The notes under the pieces: model-generated
What the model was told of the DNA's origin: nothing
The model's database searches: none
The model's input: the letters and a program-made list of their open reading frames with translations, nothing else
Part shown: positions 14,101 to 30,280 of the stretch, in pieces
Position numbering within the stretch: position 1 is the first letter of the stretch
How the letters are laid out: each line of letters starts with the position of its first letter
Position numbers and translations under genes: made by a program
Source: Chrysomallon squamiferum
Taxonomy: Eukaryota; Animalia; Mollusca
Direction: 5' to 3'
DNA: 64,000 nt
NCBI GenBank assembly: GCA_012295275.1
Contig: CM022677.1
Location: 1,116,001 to 1,180,000 of the forward strand

Positions 14101-17100
14101 TATATTTGCATTTAATAATATTTTTAAAAATCACAGAAATACGCAACCAAACTTTTTATAATTTAGCTGTTTCAGATTTCAAGTGACTTTAATGTTAAAT
14201 TATTAAATGAAATGTTGAAAAAAAAAAAAAAAATTGTAGAAAATTGAGATTCACCATAATGTTGAGATTCTTGAGTAGCAAAAATAATTATGTGAAAGAA
14301 TTTAATTTGTAAATAAACAGCAAATATTTAAATACACTATTTCAAAAAATATATTCCATTCAAATTAGGTGAGAATTAAACATTTATTTGATTTTAAACA
14401 TTCAGTTGCAAGACACATTTAAAACCAAACATTTACCCATATTATTATTGAATATGTTTCAGTTGTTCAAACTGTGTAAATTCTTTCAAGCACAAAGAAA
14501 ATGTATATGGCTATTTTTATGAGAATTCATCTGAAATGCATTAATGAGGAAGTGAATTACTTAAAATTAAATGTATGCTAGCGAAATAAAAATGTGCAGT
14601 TTTTCTTGAAGGTTATTTGATGAGACATAAACCTTGTTTAACTTTATACAGTCGCTGAAGCTTAATTTGAATTTATGGTTAGCTGTCATAATGTGAGAGA
14701 CATCGTGATGAATTCTGAGGGTAAAAAAGTTTATCTCCAATCAAGATAGGTGAGATGAGTAAAAAACAGACTGTGCATTCTAATTCTTCTATCTCAGAAT
14801 GGAATCAGCCTTATTAATATATCATAACTTTTAGCTTGGTTACGGTTAATAAATAAATACGTTAATGTTTTCATCTCTGCTTTTCATTTCTAACTTTTAA
14901 TATGTCCATGAAGGTTTGCATTTTTTTGTATTTTAGTACAGATCATTAAAGTTTATGTGAAAATTTTCTTTAGAATCTAAAATTATCTTTCCAGAAATTC
15001 TAAAATTATTACATTCATTTATTTTCTAATAATAATGTCAGCTAAAGTAATATAATAAAAATAAAATTAGTTGGGAGAAATTGAAAAAAATAATAAAAGT
15101 AAAGTAGTAATAAATAACTATAAAAAAACAAATAAATAAAAATAAAAATCAGAATAATAATAATTACCTTGAAAAGCACAATTTTTACTTTCATTCTAAA
15201 GAGCTTCAGTGCAACCATTAAAAAACATCACACTAGAACTTTTAATTAAATTCAAAATAAAAATTGCAATTTGCATTTCCAATTTTTAATAGTTTTATTT
15301 ATCTTTTTAGAATTTAACACTTTTAAAAAAATGTATTATTTTTTTTTTCTCAAAATTATTACTAAAATTATATTACAAAGACTGAAACCCCCCAAAAAAA
15401 ACAACAACATTATTTCATGATTCTAAATAAATAAATAACCTGCCAACATGAACATTGTAATATTCAAACATTCTTCTGCTGAAACAAGACAATAATAACA
15501 AAGTTTTCTTCTTCACACATTTTCAGTAACAGATTCTTCTTCGAATTCAAATCAAATATTCTATTTTATATTATAACTTAAATAACTATATCTTTATTAC
15601 TGTTCAACACACACATACACACATAAACACTCTTACATATATACACACTCATACATGCACAAATGCACACAAAGACAAAAATACACACATACACAAACAC
15701 AAAAATGTATCTGTTGTTTTATTTATGTTGGATAATCGTAATTCAGACTGAACATATAATACATTTTATTTCTTGATAAACGTGAGAAGAAATGATGAAT
15801 AAAGTTTATTTTGAGATTTGATATATTAAATCAGCTGTGTGAGACTGCACCTGCTAACTCCAATAAAAATTATCCATCTTTATATATATTTATCTTTTCA
15901 TTTGATCTTGGACAGAGGAAAGAAAATCAACAACTTGCTCTATGTGTCACTGGTTGATAACACGAATGTAACAACTGTTACTGGAGCATGTTTTAGAAAA
16001 TTAATATACTTCCTTTTTTAAAAAAACACACCTGAAAATAGTAAATATCTACTTGCACTCAGACATAGAAGAATACATTCTTATCCAAGATCTCTCCCTT
16101 GTGCACCAAGTCTGTACAGGATGAGTTTTTTTTTTTTCATTTATTTTTTAAGTTTTTAATTGTTGAATTAACCAACATCTGATTTACATTGTTCTTTTCT
16201 TCATTATATTTATATATAATGTAATTTAATGTATCTGATACTAAATCACAATGTGATAAAAGTATATGTAATTATATTTCTTTGTCGTTTTTAGTGATAT
16301 TTTAACAAACAGATATTAATTACAGCAAAAAGATAACAAAGATAAATGAAATATTTTTCTGTTATTTACACTTCTGTTTATTTCTGTTTTAACCTATATC
16401 GTAACTAAGCAGAAAAGATTTTAGTTTCTTTCTTGTTATTTAAATCCAGTGAAAGTAAGTTTTTTATTTATTTATTTATTTATTTATTTTTATTATTATT
16501 ATTATTTTTTTTTTTTTTTAATATGGACAGTGCCCAGCCTCAAATATTAATTATTCTAAAGATTATATGTATCACTTAAAGAGACCACATCCACATTAAC
16601 AGTATTTCTTGACTGTTTTGTTTGAACTGTAATCACAATTTCTGCTGATAGAATTGTCTGTGAGAAGGAGTAATTCCAGCCCAAATTACAGCTAAATGTC
16701 TCCACTTAGTGTAGCTATTATCTGTCCTCAGAATCAACTCGTTTGATGAGTGTTGTTAAAGCTGTAACAGCCTTGGAGATGTGTTTTATCAGTTAAACGT
16801 GGTTTTTCTTCTCTGTCTGTTCAAACACAGCGAGAATTAGCTAGCTCTCTGTGCACATCTCACTTGACTGCCAATCCATGCACGCTGTGTGTTCTAGGTT
16901 CAAGCCCTAATACCTGGGCTCCTCATTAAACTGGTGAGCACACACAGACACATTTACCCAAACGCTCTTTGATTGTGCAAGTCAATAAGATTAGGACAGT
17001 CGAAACGTTTCGATGAGCAAAGTTTTGAGCAAAGTTTCTTTTGTCTTCATGTTCATAACTTTCAAACTGATGATGTATAACAAACCATTGGCAGGTTTCT

Positions 17101-20000
17101 TCTCTAGAATGGTTGAGAGGAATTAAGGAGTTAATGGTGTTAGGCTGTAGAGAAGATTTGGCGATTTTTAGAAATATTTTGTGATTTTAGCATCTTAAAT
17201 AAAAATAACAGATACATAAGGTTTTAATTATTTTCATAGTTTTTATAGTTAAAAAGCTAAAATGAAATGCACTATAGAAAATTGTATAGACAGGTATAAG
17301 ATCAATAAAACAACAGTTTTTACTTTTATTTTGACATTCTCAAGAAAATATAAATAATAATGATAATAAGGAAATTATATTTTTATTCTGACCTAACCAG
17401 TATGTTGACTTAATTTCTATTGAGAAAGCATACATATTTTCGAAATTTATTTAATTTTAGTTAGTTAGTTTTATTTGTAACATTAATTTTTCATTTTCAA
17501 ACTATTTTTATTTTTTGTTTCAAGTTAGAACTGTTTTTCAGATAAATAGTGATCTGGTATCTTTGAATACTAAAAATAATTACAAGAATATTTCTGTTCC
17601 TTAAAGGAGAAATTTTCAGTTACAATTTCACCACTGATATTTGTTGTTTTATTATTAAAAAAATATTTTTAATAACTTTAAAAAAAATAATCTTTTTGGT
17701 ACATTGCTGAGTTGTCAGTTTTGTAGATATTTTGTATATCACAAAAATAATTGATGTTCATATGAGGATTTTACATGGCATTCTGAAAACAATCATTTCA
17801 GGGAAATTTTAAAAAATAATTGTATGTTGAAATATATGGTGGTTCCAAAAAAAAATTTTTTTTTTTAATTTTTTCTGTTATTACTATTATTTATTTAATT
17901 CTGCTTCTTTATTTATTTATTTATTTATTTATTTATTTTAATTTATTTTAGTTTATTTTAAACTCATTTTCTGTCACCTACATATGTGTACATACAGACA
18001 CACACACACACACAAAAACAGTTTGATTTGGGTTTTTTACTAAAAATTAATATGGGACTGAAAAGGATTATTTTTAAATTTTATTTTTATAAATTATTTT
18101 TATAAATTATATTAAAATTATATTTTAATTAACTTTTTCCCCTCTTTATTAATTTTAAGTTTGAAGAAGAAGTTAAAATTAGATGAATTAAAAACATAAT
18201 ATTCACATCAGTAACTGTCTGTCTGTAACACTCCTGTGAAAAACATATAAAATAAAAACAGAAACTTTTGCTGTTTTTCATTGCAGCCTTTCATTACGAG
18301 AATGTAACTTATCTTCATCCCAGCAACATTTTCATTCTTTTATTCTTTTGGTTTGCCTTCTGAAAACATGTTTTAAAAACATTTGTAAACCATGAAATAA
18401 AAACAGCATAACCTTACAAAGGGGATCAGTGATGGTTTGACAATAAATCACATCCTTGCTTTCACCCAGGGCTTGTTGGTCAGATCATCTTTCTGCTGTC
18501 TGTCATAAAGGAACAAGCATTGACTTCCCAGCTTGTGAGGTATTCACTACTTCTTCATATTGGATTTCTTGTCCTAGCTGCTTCCACCAGAAAACATTCC
18601 ATTGTCTGCACTTTCCAGGTCTGTCAGTTCAGACCTTTTACTTAAAATGTTTCACGATTACAGTAGTACCTGACAGACAGATAGACAGACAGACTGCTGG
18701 ATGTTGTTACTGTCTGATCAGCTTGTAGTCTCTGTACTCACACTGATTGTTTCAGCAGATTCTCATGTTTTAAAATTATTAAATATGTCAGTAATCTCAA
18801 ATATCTTTAAATTCACTTTAAGCGAAAAAAACTGACAGTAAACAATTTTATTTATTTATTTTTATTTCTTCTTGTTTTGTTTTTTTAATAAATTCCAGTG
18901 AATACATTATTTTTTATTATAAAACAACTACAAAAATTCACGTCACTGTCTTAATAATTTTCCATTTTTAAAAGATGCCATTTATAAGAATATCTTTTCA
19001 AATGAAAATTATGTATTTTGTAAATTTTTTTAAATAATAACTTTGAAAAACAGTTCATAGATTTTTTTTTTTTTCCATTTTCTCAACATTTGCTTAATAA
19101 TTAATTCAATAATTAAATAAGTAAAAGATGAAAAGAAAGAAATTTAAAAGTGAAAAGTTTCAAAGCAACAAATAAGGAAATGAAAGTTTTCTCTCATTTT
19201 CTTTGAACTTGGTTGTGAAATTATTAAAATGCAGGAAGTACATTCAGTTCTGTGAGGAGTTTCCCTCCAATATGACTGGAGCATTACACCACGAGGAAGT
19301 TTTCATTTACTGTAACATAAAGGTTACCTCTTGTCACCTCCTTCCATATTACACTGTATTTTTAGACTTGCACATCTTCCTGTGTTAATGTGTGTAAACA
19401 AATTAGTTTTATTACTTATCATACACAGGCTTGTTTTCGACTAGAAGACCGTTTTTATACACTTAACTAGATTTGAGATAACTCCAGAATGAGAACATCA
19501 GTGCTGGAGAATACTGCTGTTAATTTTGCTGCTGTTTATAAAGATACAGATGTATCATTCAGCTGAACACAACATTATATAACACAATGAAATATAGCTG
19601 CTTCTGAGCTACCACATTGTTGGGTTTGTTTGTCTTATCACAAACTCCAATAATGTTAGCAATATGTACAGTAATAATTTATGAGTTTTAAGAAAACTTT
19701 GGCCATTCATTTTATTTATATGTCAAAAACTATACAACAATATACACAGTTATCTAAAAAAAAACAATAACTATTAGAATAATTCTTTAAAAAATCTATT
19801 GTAATTTTATTTTATGAAGAGAAATATTTCTTGTCATCTCTTTTCACTAAAATTTAGCTGGACTTGTTTAACTGAAATTGTTTGTGTAGATAACAGTACT
19901 AATAAATTAATAATTTAAAAAAGAAAAAACAAAGGAAAGGGAAAAACAATAAATAAATAAAAACAATAAATAAATAAATTTTGACAATATATTTTTATGA

Positions 20001-20038
<38 letters not shown>

Positions 20039-23000
20039 GAATTTATTATTATTACTTTTCTTTTTTGTTATTATTTATTTATTATATTAAATAAAGAAAC
20101 AATAATTTTGTGAAAATGGTACTTGAAGTCTGTTTAAGAATTAAAAATTTAGAAATTCAGACTACTAGGTAATTAAGCAGCTTTTTATTTCTACTCTGTT
20201 GTTAAAAACCATGCAACCAACTGTTTGTTCATATTAAACAGTACTGGAACATTATGGCTGTATTATTGCAGATGTTTCTTTTTTACTTTTTCATTTGAGA
20301 TGAGGTGACTGATGAAATCTAAGTCTAAGTAAAAAATAATAAAACTTTCACAAGTAACTGCACACACTTAATTCTGTAGTTTTGTAGAAAGATGTTGTGG
20401 AAATTCACAGATTTACAGTTGTCAGTAAATTTCTTTTTAAGGATTTATTTTCTTAAGTTTATTTAATTTACAAAAAACCACAAAATTGTCATTGATTTTT
20501 TCTAAAACTGATAGTTTATGTTTTTATTAATAGTATTAGACGATAAGAGTGAACTCCCCCCTTATGATGTGTTAATGTAGTTTTTATGAATAAAGAACAA
20601 AGGACAAAATCTAAACAAAATATAATCATGAAATATTATTACTATTACTACCACCACTACTACTACTAGTTCAGCCAGTGTCATCATTATTACCAAGACT
20701 CCTGTTCATTTACTGTAATAATAATGTAATAAAATACTATCAGCATAAGAATCTGAATTATTAACAAAGAACAAAATGATTATATATTTAGAAAATATAT
20801 ATACTAAAATACTGTAAACAGTTACATTACTTTTTATTTTATTTTGGAATAGCTATTTTTCTGATTGTGTTTTGAAACTGATTTAGACAAATACTACTGG
20901 TTTTACAATTTCCTTTTATTTGTAGTGAATGTGTGTTGCCATAAAAATCTGTTTTTTTTCACACCTTTTCTTTCACCTATTATGTACACAGTGAGTCCAG
21001 CAAACAAAACTTTCAATCCGTGGTTTCAAACAAATTCAGCTGTTTGATGTCACAAAGAAAAGATTAAACTTAAACGACAGAGTTTGTCTTTAATTCCAGC
21101 TGGTCATTTTTTGGCAGACTATAAAATAGAAAGCTGGAGTTATTTTTTGCATTAAAATTCTGAAAGTTTTGTGATGTAGTCAGATGAAGTCTGTGAGTGA
21201 CTTTAGTCCACCATGCTGTTCAAATATTTGTGCTGGTTTTCGAAGGAATTCCAGTCATGTGACTGCTGTTTCAAAGGGCCCTCTGAGATGTGTTCTTCTT
21301 TCTCCCACAAACAATAACACATTCACTGTTACCTTGGTGACAAGACATCAAACTTTATTGGGTCACATATTTTTTTTTTTTTTTTTTTACTGTTTTAAAT
21401 GGAATCCTTGCTTTGTTCAAAAGCAATCACATACCTGTTTCAATGAACATTGAATCTTGTTAATAGAAACCTGTTTGTTTTGGAATAAATGTTTTTTATT
21501 TTTCACAAATTGTTAGAAATTTCTTGGAAAAGAGTCAATTGGTTTGTTGAATTTTTAGCATGACTGCTAATGTCAAAAGACGCTGCTGTAGTCGTCTTAG
21601 CTTGCTGTAGTCAGGTATTGAGGTGTCTAAGACAACAAACGAACTATCTGACACATTCAAAGACAAACAGACGGCTGTGGCTGGCAATAATCCTTTGGAT
21701 TACGACACAACCCTTCCAGCTGGAATAATAAATACCGACAGAAATAAAGATCAATATAGTATGATATTCATTCAATTGCTATAAGCCCTGAAATTCTTTC
21801 TGAAATTTTGGCACGCTATTGTTTTGAAAGATTGACTTTGTCATGCTAAAATTTAACCTCTTTTGAAGAAAGAATTTATTGTGCTCTGTGTTTGGTTTTG
21901 AAAAAAATGATAAAATGAGAACAAGTTGTTTATGCACCACTTTTAGATACTACTTAGAAACTGTTTTATTTATGTAAAAACAGAAAATTGCTAATTTTTT
22001 AGAGGCAGGAAGCAAGACTCTTGTAACAAAATTAAATGACACTATTCATTACATTTTATAATTAAATAAATCGTAAACATAATGTAAATTATTTCAGTTC
22101 ATTTCTGTGCTGTTTTCAGTTTTGGCAAGTTGGGAAAGACAGGAAAAAAAGTGTTAAAATAATGAAGTTAATTATTTGTGTCTCTGGAAATCGGTAAAGA
22201 ATTCTTGAACACATCTGGTAATGAAAATTGGACTTTTATATCCAATGAAATGTTTTGTTTTTCTTCTTGGGTTACTTTGATCAACGTTAATATGTAAAAC
22301 ATGTTTCCTGAAACACTTGCAAGTTACTGCTAAAAAAAATATTTTCCCTTGACTTTGTAATCAGACACCAAGTTGACATTTTCTCAGATTAAATGAAAGA
22401 TATTTAGGGTCTTATTATACATGATCTGTTTTCATCAAAAACATGTGAATATAAAGTTTCAAAAGGGAAACATTCCTCGGAGTTGTGGATAGTGTCGTGT
22501 AACTGCTTTCACTATCCACTCAGATCTTCAGCTAAGTCTTTGACTTTGATAATTCTTTGATGACGGCTTTCCACAGGCCTAGCTTCCTATTCCTTCCAAT
22601 GAACACTTTATCCTCACGTTTATACCACTAAATAGCTACTGTGAAAAACCTATTTAAAAAGATGCTGCCTGTATGAAATTAAAAAAAAAAGAGAAATCTA
22701 TTAGATAATAATAATAAACAAAAAGACACACTTTTTATTTAAAAAACTTTTTTATAGAATGATTGATTGTTTTTACACTTCAGTGAAGATATAAGCTTTA
22801 TCAGCAATAATCAGTTTAATTAATATTTATAAACATGTCCCTGCTGCTTGATCAGACAGCTGTTTATAATCTGCCATTTTGTTAACGTGATTAAACATCA
22901 GGGTTTTAGTAATTACACTGTATTGTTTGTAATTCTGCTCTTCAGACCTCCCTGTCATTTCTTTTATAAGAAACTTGTCTACAGTTTGTTTAAGAAGTCT

Positions 23001-25353
23001 CATAAATGTTTGGCTTTTGTGATTTAGGGTCTTAACATTCAGTTTTATTTGACATTTATTTGTTTATTGAGTGAAATACAGAAATGTGACACCAAGACTG
23101 CTTTGAAAAAGAAACTTTATTGATATTATTACAACTGTTCAAATACAATTTAGGAATCGTTAACACAAATATGAAATAAATAAAGAGAACGTTTTAGAGA
23201 AGAAGAAGTTCTAATGACACACCTCTGATCTGACCTCATGACCATTTTATAAATGAGAGTTGACCAAACATCCATTTTGCTGTGTGATAGCTCTACCCAG
23301 TGACAAACTGGACACAACAACAGTAACTGTTTTATTACTGTAACTAAACATTTCCTTCCATAAATAATTAGTAGATATTTCCTAAGGTGTTTTTGTTTAC
23401 ATAATGTCACATAATGCTAACACACAAAGTTAATTTAAATACTTTTGAACAAATTTACATGTACCAAAAAACCCCAACTACATCTATTTTATTTTATTTT
23501 GTAGTTTAACATAGAATGATTTGCATAAGTATGACAAACATCCACACAAACACATACACATTCAACACACACACACACACACAAACACACGCAGAAAACT
23601 GTATATGAGGTGATTCACTGTAAAATTTTCTTAATATTTTTCTATATCTGACATTTCTCTAATCATCTAGTTAGAAAAAATGTTCTCTCTGTTTTTTTAC
23701 AGATGAAAAAAGAAAAAAAAAAGAAACTAATTTGTTTTTGCATGAAACAAAGACTTTGACAAACATTTATTATCTATCAAACACGAAGAGCAAAGCGATC
23801 CTCTGTTTTCTTCATTTAAATAATAATATCTGTTTATTGCATGATATAATGACCTCCATTGTTTCCATTCTTCATTACCATAAACAGAATTAAGCACTTT
23901 TTCTCCATTTCTCTCTAAGTACCCCCAACAGATGATGATGGAAAATATTCCTGACAATTTACGATGTCACTTTGGTGTTGTCAACACACGACATTGGCAA
24001 ACACAAACAGCAACTCTCCAGCCACTCGTTTGTATTATAGGGAATAAGATACAGGTTACAGTCAAATATCACTGATAACACCATTAAACAGACGAATACA
24101 TTTAATAATCCCCACCGGTTATTCTAATATTGTAACTCAATAGGCCCATGATTTCAATTGTCCAATAGTAAGAGGGGAAAAATGGTAACTCTATATGTTG
24201 ATGCATTACTCCATATCAGCACTGACAATTGCATGTTCGCCTCAGCTGGGTTGATCAGTGAAAGGTGTGAAGTAATTTACCGTTCTCTGATGGGCTGGGA
24301 ATCCAACGAGGCCAGCATCCGCGAGTTTCGTGCCGAGTCACCTTGAAGCTCCTTTCTCCAGAGACCACTGGCAATTGTGCTTTTAGATTTTCAGAGTCAA
24401 TTGAAATCTCATAATTATTTTGCCTGTAATTTAGTTTTATGAGCTAATTGTCCCAAGTAAATTTGCAAGGAGGCTAGGGAGATATTATTGTCTTCTTGAG
24501 CTCTGTGAATCAAATGTGAGATGTAGAAACCACAGAAGCAAATTATGTCTTGCATAAAAGAAAGCCATAGAATCTGACCTTTGATAACAAACTAGTTAAC
24601 ATAAATACATTTCAGTGTGATCATTCTTTTAAAAAATAGATATAGCTCCATTTTTAAAGGTCTACTTAAAAAAGAAAAGCAAAAACATTTTTCAACTTCA
24701 GTATTAAATTTAAATGGAATTAGTTAGAAAATATGATAATGAAATTTCATACTGTGACATTTTAGACTTTTTCACATGAGGAAATTCCTTTTATAATGTT
24801 ACTTTTGGTTGAACAGCTTTGAGTTCTAAGAAAATGAAGGTGTAAAAAACAATAACTTTCAGCCATTACTTCTATGAAACTAATGGTATTTTAATATTTC
24901 TATCTAAATAATGAATTCTTCTTCATATATGTCATAAATATTTTAAAATTAATACTTGTTTTATCATCTCCAAACCTGAACTGTGATGATGAATAGGAGA
25001 AGTAAAAAGTTTGACAGATACTTGTAGCCACTTCAGAACAAACTCCTGATTAAAGTATCTGTTTGAAAGATAAGTGTGAACTTGGACCTCTCTCAGCCCA
25101 GGTAAACCTTTCTTCCTAAACCCTTAATTGTGTTTTGTGTGAACTCCCTGTGGGCAAGACATTTGTCAGTATTTCTAACTAAATTACACATAATTGACTT
25201 AACATATAAAGAGCCAGTAATTTTTATTGTCATCTTCTCCAATTAATTACATAACAAGTAATTTGAATTTTTATTCTCATGTACAAGTCTCAACATGATT
25301 TATAAGTTGTGTACAGCAGACAGACATAATTGATCAAGAAAACTAAGATATCT

Positions 25354-25411
25354 CATACATACATACATACATACATACATACATACGTACATACATACAT
25401 ACGTACATACA

Positions 25412-25447
<36 letters not shown>

Positions 25448-25526
25448 TATATAAACCCAAGAACAAATGAAATAAATAATTTACCAAAAAATTCAACCAA
25501 GACCAAAAAAGAAGAAATCTACAGAA

Positions 25527-25617
<91 letters not shown>
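25354..25617. repeat. Compound SSRs: (TACA)n, (TA)n, (GA)n
   Basis: Directly visible in the sequence. Confidence 0.95.
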
Positions 25618-25620
<3 letters not shown>

Positions 25621-28600
25621 GTGGACGTTTTCTGTTTTGCCCCTACTTCCTAGACTCATTTATATATTTTAGTTAATTATGTTCTAGAGAAATTAATGGG
25701 AAAATATTTATTTATTCAATTATTAATCTTACTCTGTTTTTTTTTTTCTTCTTTATTTAAAAAAAAAAAAATATGTTGTGGAGGGGGATGACAGCATGAG
25801 GTGACTGGTGATTTAGCTAGTGTTACAAAATTTCATATTATGAAATGAAAGATAAGAAATAATGAGAGAAAGTTGTGTGAACAGATGGAAAAGGATGGAC
25901 AGATGTACTGTAATCTGTTACATAAGACAAATATTCATGAGATGTCACTAGTGCCTCCGTAATGGAAGAAGGAGAGAGAAAGACTTTATCATTATTACTA
26001 TTGTTGTTATCACTATTATTATTATTATTATTACTATTATTATTACTATTATTATTATTATTATTACTATTATTATTATTGTTATTACTAAATATATTAA
26101 ATAAGATATAATATTTCTATGACTCACAAACACACTTACACATGCACATGCATGCATACACACACACTCTCATTTAGATAGTAACTCTGTCAATGAAAAA
26201 TGTTGTTATTTTATTTTCCACTTCTAAATTTTTTGTTTCCATTTCACTAATTTTCCATTTCAGTTTACAATATTTTGTGAAGGAACTGGTAAAACAGGTA
26301 TCATTAACTACTGTTTTAACAACATCTATAATAAAGTTTAAAAATGCGAAAGCTGTTTAAGCCTCTTTGAAGAGTTTTGTTAAAGTTATCATAAATGAGA
26401 TGAAAAACTGACAGCTACTTGTGGTTTTAATGGTTAGGGCAGATGTGTGCTCCAATAAATACTAATTTCTTCTACCTCTTAATTATAAAACAATTAGAGT
26501 AAAATTGAATTTCTGATCACACGAGTCCATTACAGGTACACAGCTGTTTCACACACAGAGCTGTCAGGTAGAAACATTACCTACTTTCATTTACTATGTT
26601 TTAATCTTTTACATACCTTGTGGCCAATAAAACTCTGTTTACAGTATTTTACTATAAACTACTAAACACTAAAGCAAGAAACATAAAAGAATCAATTATT
26701 TACCACCTTCTCCTTTTCTTTTCATGAGATCCAAGTCTGGTTCAGTTTATAAAAAAGGAAAATTAAATGTTTTCATTATATTCCATTGTTGAGTTTTACT
26801 TTGAGTTTTCTCAATGAGTCAGTGTTGAGCATTGTAACAAGCTGTATTAATGAATAGCAACCAAACACCAGTGAAAATATTAATATCAGTTCACTTCATT
26901 AAATATTAATTTAAATATTCTTTTATATTAAAATGTTTTTCTCTTAACTGAATTAGTTAAATTTTTCTTTCTTATTCTTATTTTATGTCTTTGTTTTGTG
27001 TAAATTCAAAGAATAATAATAATAATAAATAGATTTCTAATTTTCAATAATAGTTTTCTATAAGTCAAATCTGGTTAAATAAATCAATTAAAAAAAATTG
27101 TTTAAATTTTTAAATATGATATTTTTTGTTTGAAAGATTATTAAACTTTAAACGACATTCATATTTGACTGCTGTTGACAGAGAATTGTCAACAAGATGT
27201 TATAAAGAAGAGTAACTTCATTTAATCTTTAACTCTCTCCATTATAACCAAGTCCTCAGTGGAATTTCCTTTACACTGAACATGCTTTTATCCTCATTGC
27301 AGTTGTTTAGATTAGACCCACAACACTTTGACAAATCAAATGGCTTTAATCGTTTAGCATGTGCAAACACTGGCTTTTCATCATCATCAGTTTACATGTT
27401 TGCTTTTTTCTGCTACCATGAGTAAGATAGCTAACATTTGTGCAGGAATTAGTAGAAGCCAATGTACAAAAGGTAAGGATGTGAGATGAAAGGAGGCCAA
27501 GAGTCAGACGCGTGTTGTCTAAGATTAACTACGACATTCTGCCCCAAATTAGAAGCACCTTTGTTAGGATTTGTCAATAAACACATGAAGCACGAATTCT
27601 TAGAAAGTTTTTTCCTCTGTCTGTCTGTCTCAGGCGAGGTGTTTATTTAAATGAGTATTGAGAATATTGAGTGGAAAGATGTACAAACAATAAAATACAA
27701 AGTGTGGTTTATATACTGAAAATAAAGTAAAGTATTTAAGATCACGTGTCTGCAGATTACTTAGTAAAACAGTAAATGTAGTCACTGTTTTTCTTCATTT
27801 AATGGTTCATTATTTTTTTTTTTTTTTTTTTTTTTTTATAGCAATTTAATTTGAAGTGAAGATTAATATTAAAAAAATAATAATAATTAAAATAAATAAA
27901 ATAAATTTAAAAAAATAAAAATAATAAAAAAAAAAAAAAAAATAAAAATAATAATAACCAATCAAAAGTCATCTTTATATTTAACAATAAAAGAGGTTAA
28001 ATTAAACTTGATGAAAGTGTTACAAAAAGTTCATATATTTTAAGAATCCACAAGAAAGAAAAAATAAAGAGTTGAAAAAAAAATATAAAATAAATAAAAA
28101 GCAAAAAAAAAAATATGTAAATGTTTAAAAACATTAAGTTTAGATTTCTACTAGTTTATTTATGTGTGCCACCTAGAATCTGCTTTAGTTCTTTACTGTT
28201 AACAAACAAAGACGAGACTGACAACAAAATGTGGAAATGTGTTTACATGATGAGAGGTAAACTGGTATTTTACTATTTCCTTCGTACAGAAAGAGCTGTA
28301 ATTCAGGAGAAAGGTTGTGTGTTTCATACAGCTCTCTGTTACTACATGAATGTGTATTTATTGCATGTTCCGCTGCTCTCAGTCACATTGCTGCTGATCA
28401 CTTTACCAGCCCCACTCTCCCCGTGCAGCAGTTCTCCGCCCCAATAAAATATGGCCACCACCACATTACAGAGGGCAATCACACATATGTTGTTCATCAG
28501 AGATTTCTTTTATTTGAGTGGAATCGTGTGAGTACATCAATAAACATAAGCCAGAATGTAGAAACATTGCAAACATTGGCATCAGATGACTGGGTAAACA

Positions 28601-30243
28601 GCAAAACGATCAGCCCCAGCACCACGGGGAGCTGTAATTGTGTCTTCTGCTCTTGTGTCCATCCCCATGTGTTTATCATTTATCTCAAAATTAGCTGCAC
28701 TCGAAAATACGTTCAGCCATCAATGAAAGCGTCATCAGTGTAAAGTGAGAAAATTATTAAACTTTGTTTATTTGTCTGGCTGTGGCCTGCCTTGTTGTGT
28801 CTGTTTATTGTAGCAGACGCAAATAAAGCAGTGAATGATGGCAAAAGAAATATGCTAATATCGTTTAATGTTGTTTACCATGCAGGGGGTTTCACCTACA
28901 TTTAAAACTGATGCAAGAGATTAAACTGTTAATCTCACTGAAATCTGACCAATCCCAACTTCAAGTGATTAAAACAGTTACTTTCTCACCAGATGCTAAA
29001 GTTAGTGAAAATTGTTTCATTCACTGGTACTGAAAATATATTAAAAACTTTCATTTCCAAATGTAACAGCCAAAAGAAACAATCAGAAAAATAAACTTAC
29101 TAATCCTTTATTTCTTTTAAATATTTACTTTAACAAAGATTAAAAAAATCATCATACATCCCCAACAAGAAAAAAATAGTTGAATATACAAGAAAAAATA
29201 CACAAGGAGAATAAAAACAGAATGGCAATTCTTTACCAATTTTATTAATTAGGAAAGAAAAAAGAAAAGGAAAAATAATTTTAGTCCTTTGTTATATTTT
29301 ATATGCATCTACATTTTTTAAAATTAATTATTATTTTTATTTTTATATTTAATTCTATTACATACTTTATAAATAAAATAAAACAACTGAAGTAAATTAA
29401 AAATGAATATATAAAATATTTAAATTCTTGAGAGAATTAAGGAATGTAGAAAATCGTGTAATAAAATCATCTCTTGGGAAAAATGGATGCATTGCTCAGG
29501 TGTACAGCATTTTACAAATGCTTTCATCGAAATGCAAAATATCATAGATGAATAATAGATGATAATGGAGCAATTGAAATGTAATGATAGCATTTATTAA
29601 TACTGCTTCTCGTGTTCTTTTCACTTTATTTGTGATCCGATTAAATCTCACTTTAACTCTAGAGTTATTTGTTTAAATAAATATTAAATAAGGTTTTTAT
29701 TTCTTCCTGTAAGAGGCACATGGTGCAGTATGAGATGATAAATGTGGGAGATTTGTAGATCTATAGAATATTTAGAAACCTGTTATTTTATATCATGTGT
29801 ATGTGCCACGTTAAATAATATTTCATGCCTTCTTGCTTTCTTTGTTCTCAAACACTGTATGATAAATGTAATTATCTGACAAGTGATATAAACATGATAT
29901 GTTGTTTTGCTGAAAGAGTGGGTGTGTGTACTCTGCCTGGCTAATTTCTTACAATGATGATTTCTACATGTTTAGTAGACTTAATTCACACGAGTAAAAT
30001 ATTAATAACAACTTATGAATTAGTTAGTGATATAATGAGAAGAAGAAACTCAGTATGGGATGTAATAAGCAACAGGATTGTTCTTCTCTAAGCTTAATTA
30101 GATAAGACAGAGAGAACAAATTCAGTTAAATATTGAATTAGATCACTTGTTCATCATGCATTAAAATTTGAAAACGAATAAATAATAACACTGTATATAC
30201 ATGTGTGTTTGTGTGAATAGGTATTTACAAGAATTAAATTTTT

Positions 30244-30280
<37 letters not shown>

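Noticed and set aside
12381-25107. Possible recursive splice sites (AG|GT) in the giant intron at 12387/8, 14368/9 and 25101/2
   Set aside because: None matches the strong polypyrimidine-CAG|GTAAGT consensus, and a few such matches are expected by chance in 30 kb. A saw-tooth nascent-RNA profile would be needed.
500-28743. Numerous 60-140 aa ORFs in the ARID3 intron
   Set aside because: No recognisable domains, often SSR-derived, and no consistent splice signals; the ARID sequence is complete without them.
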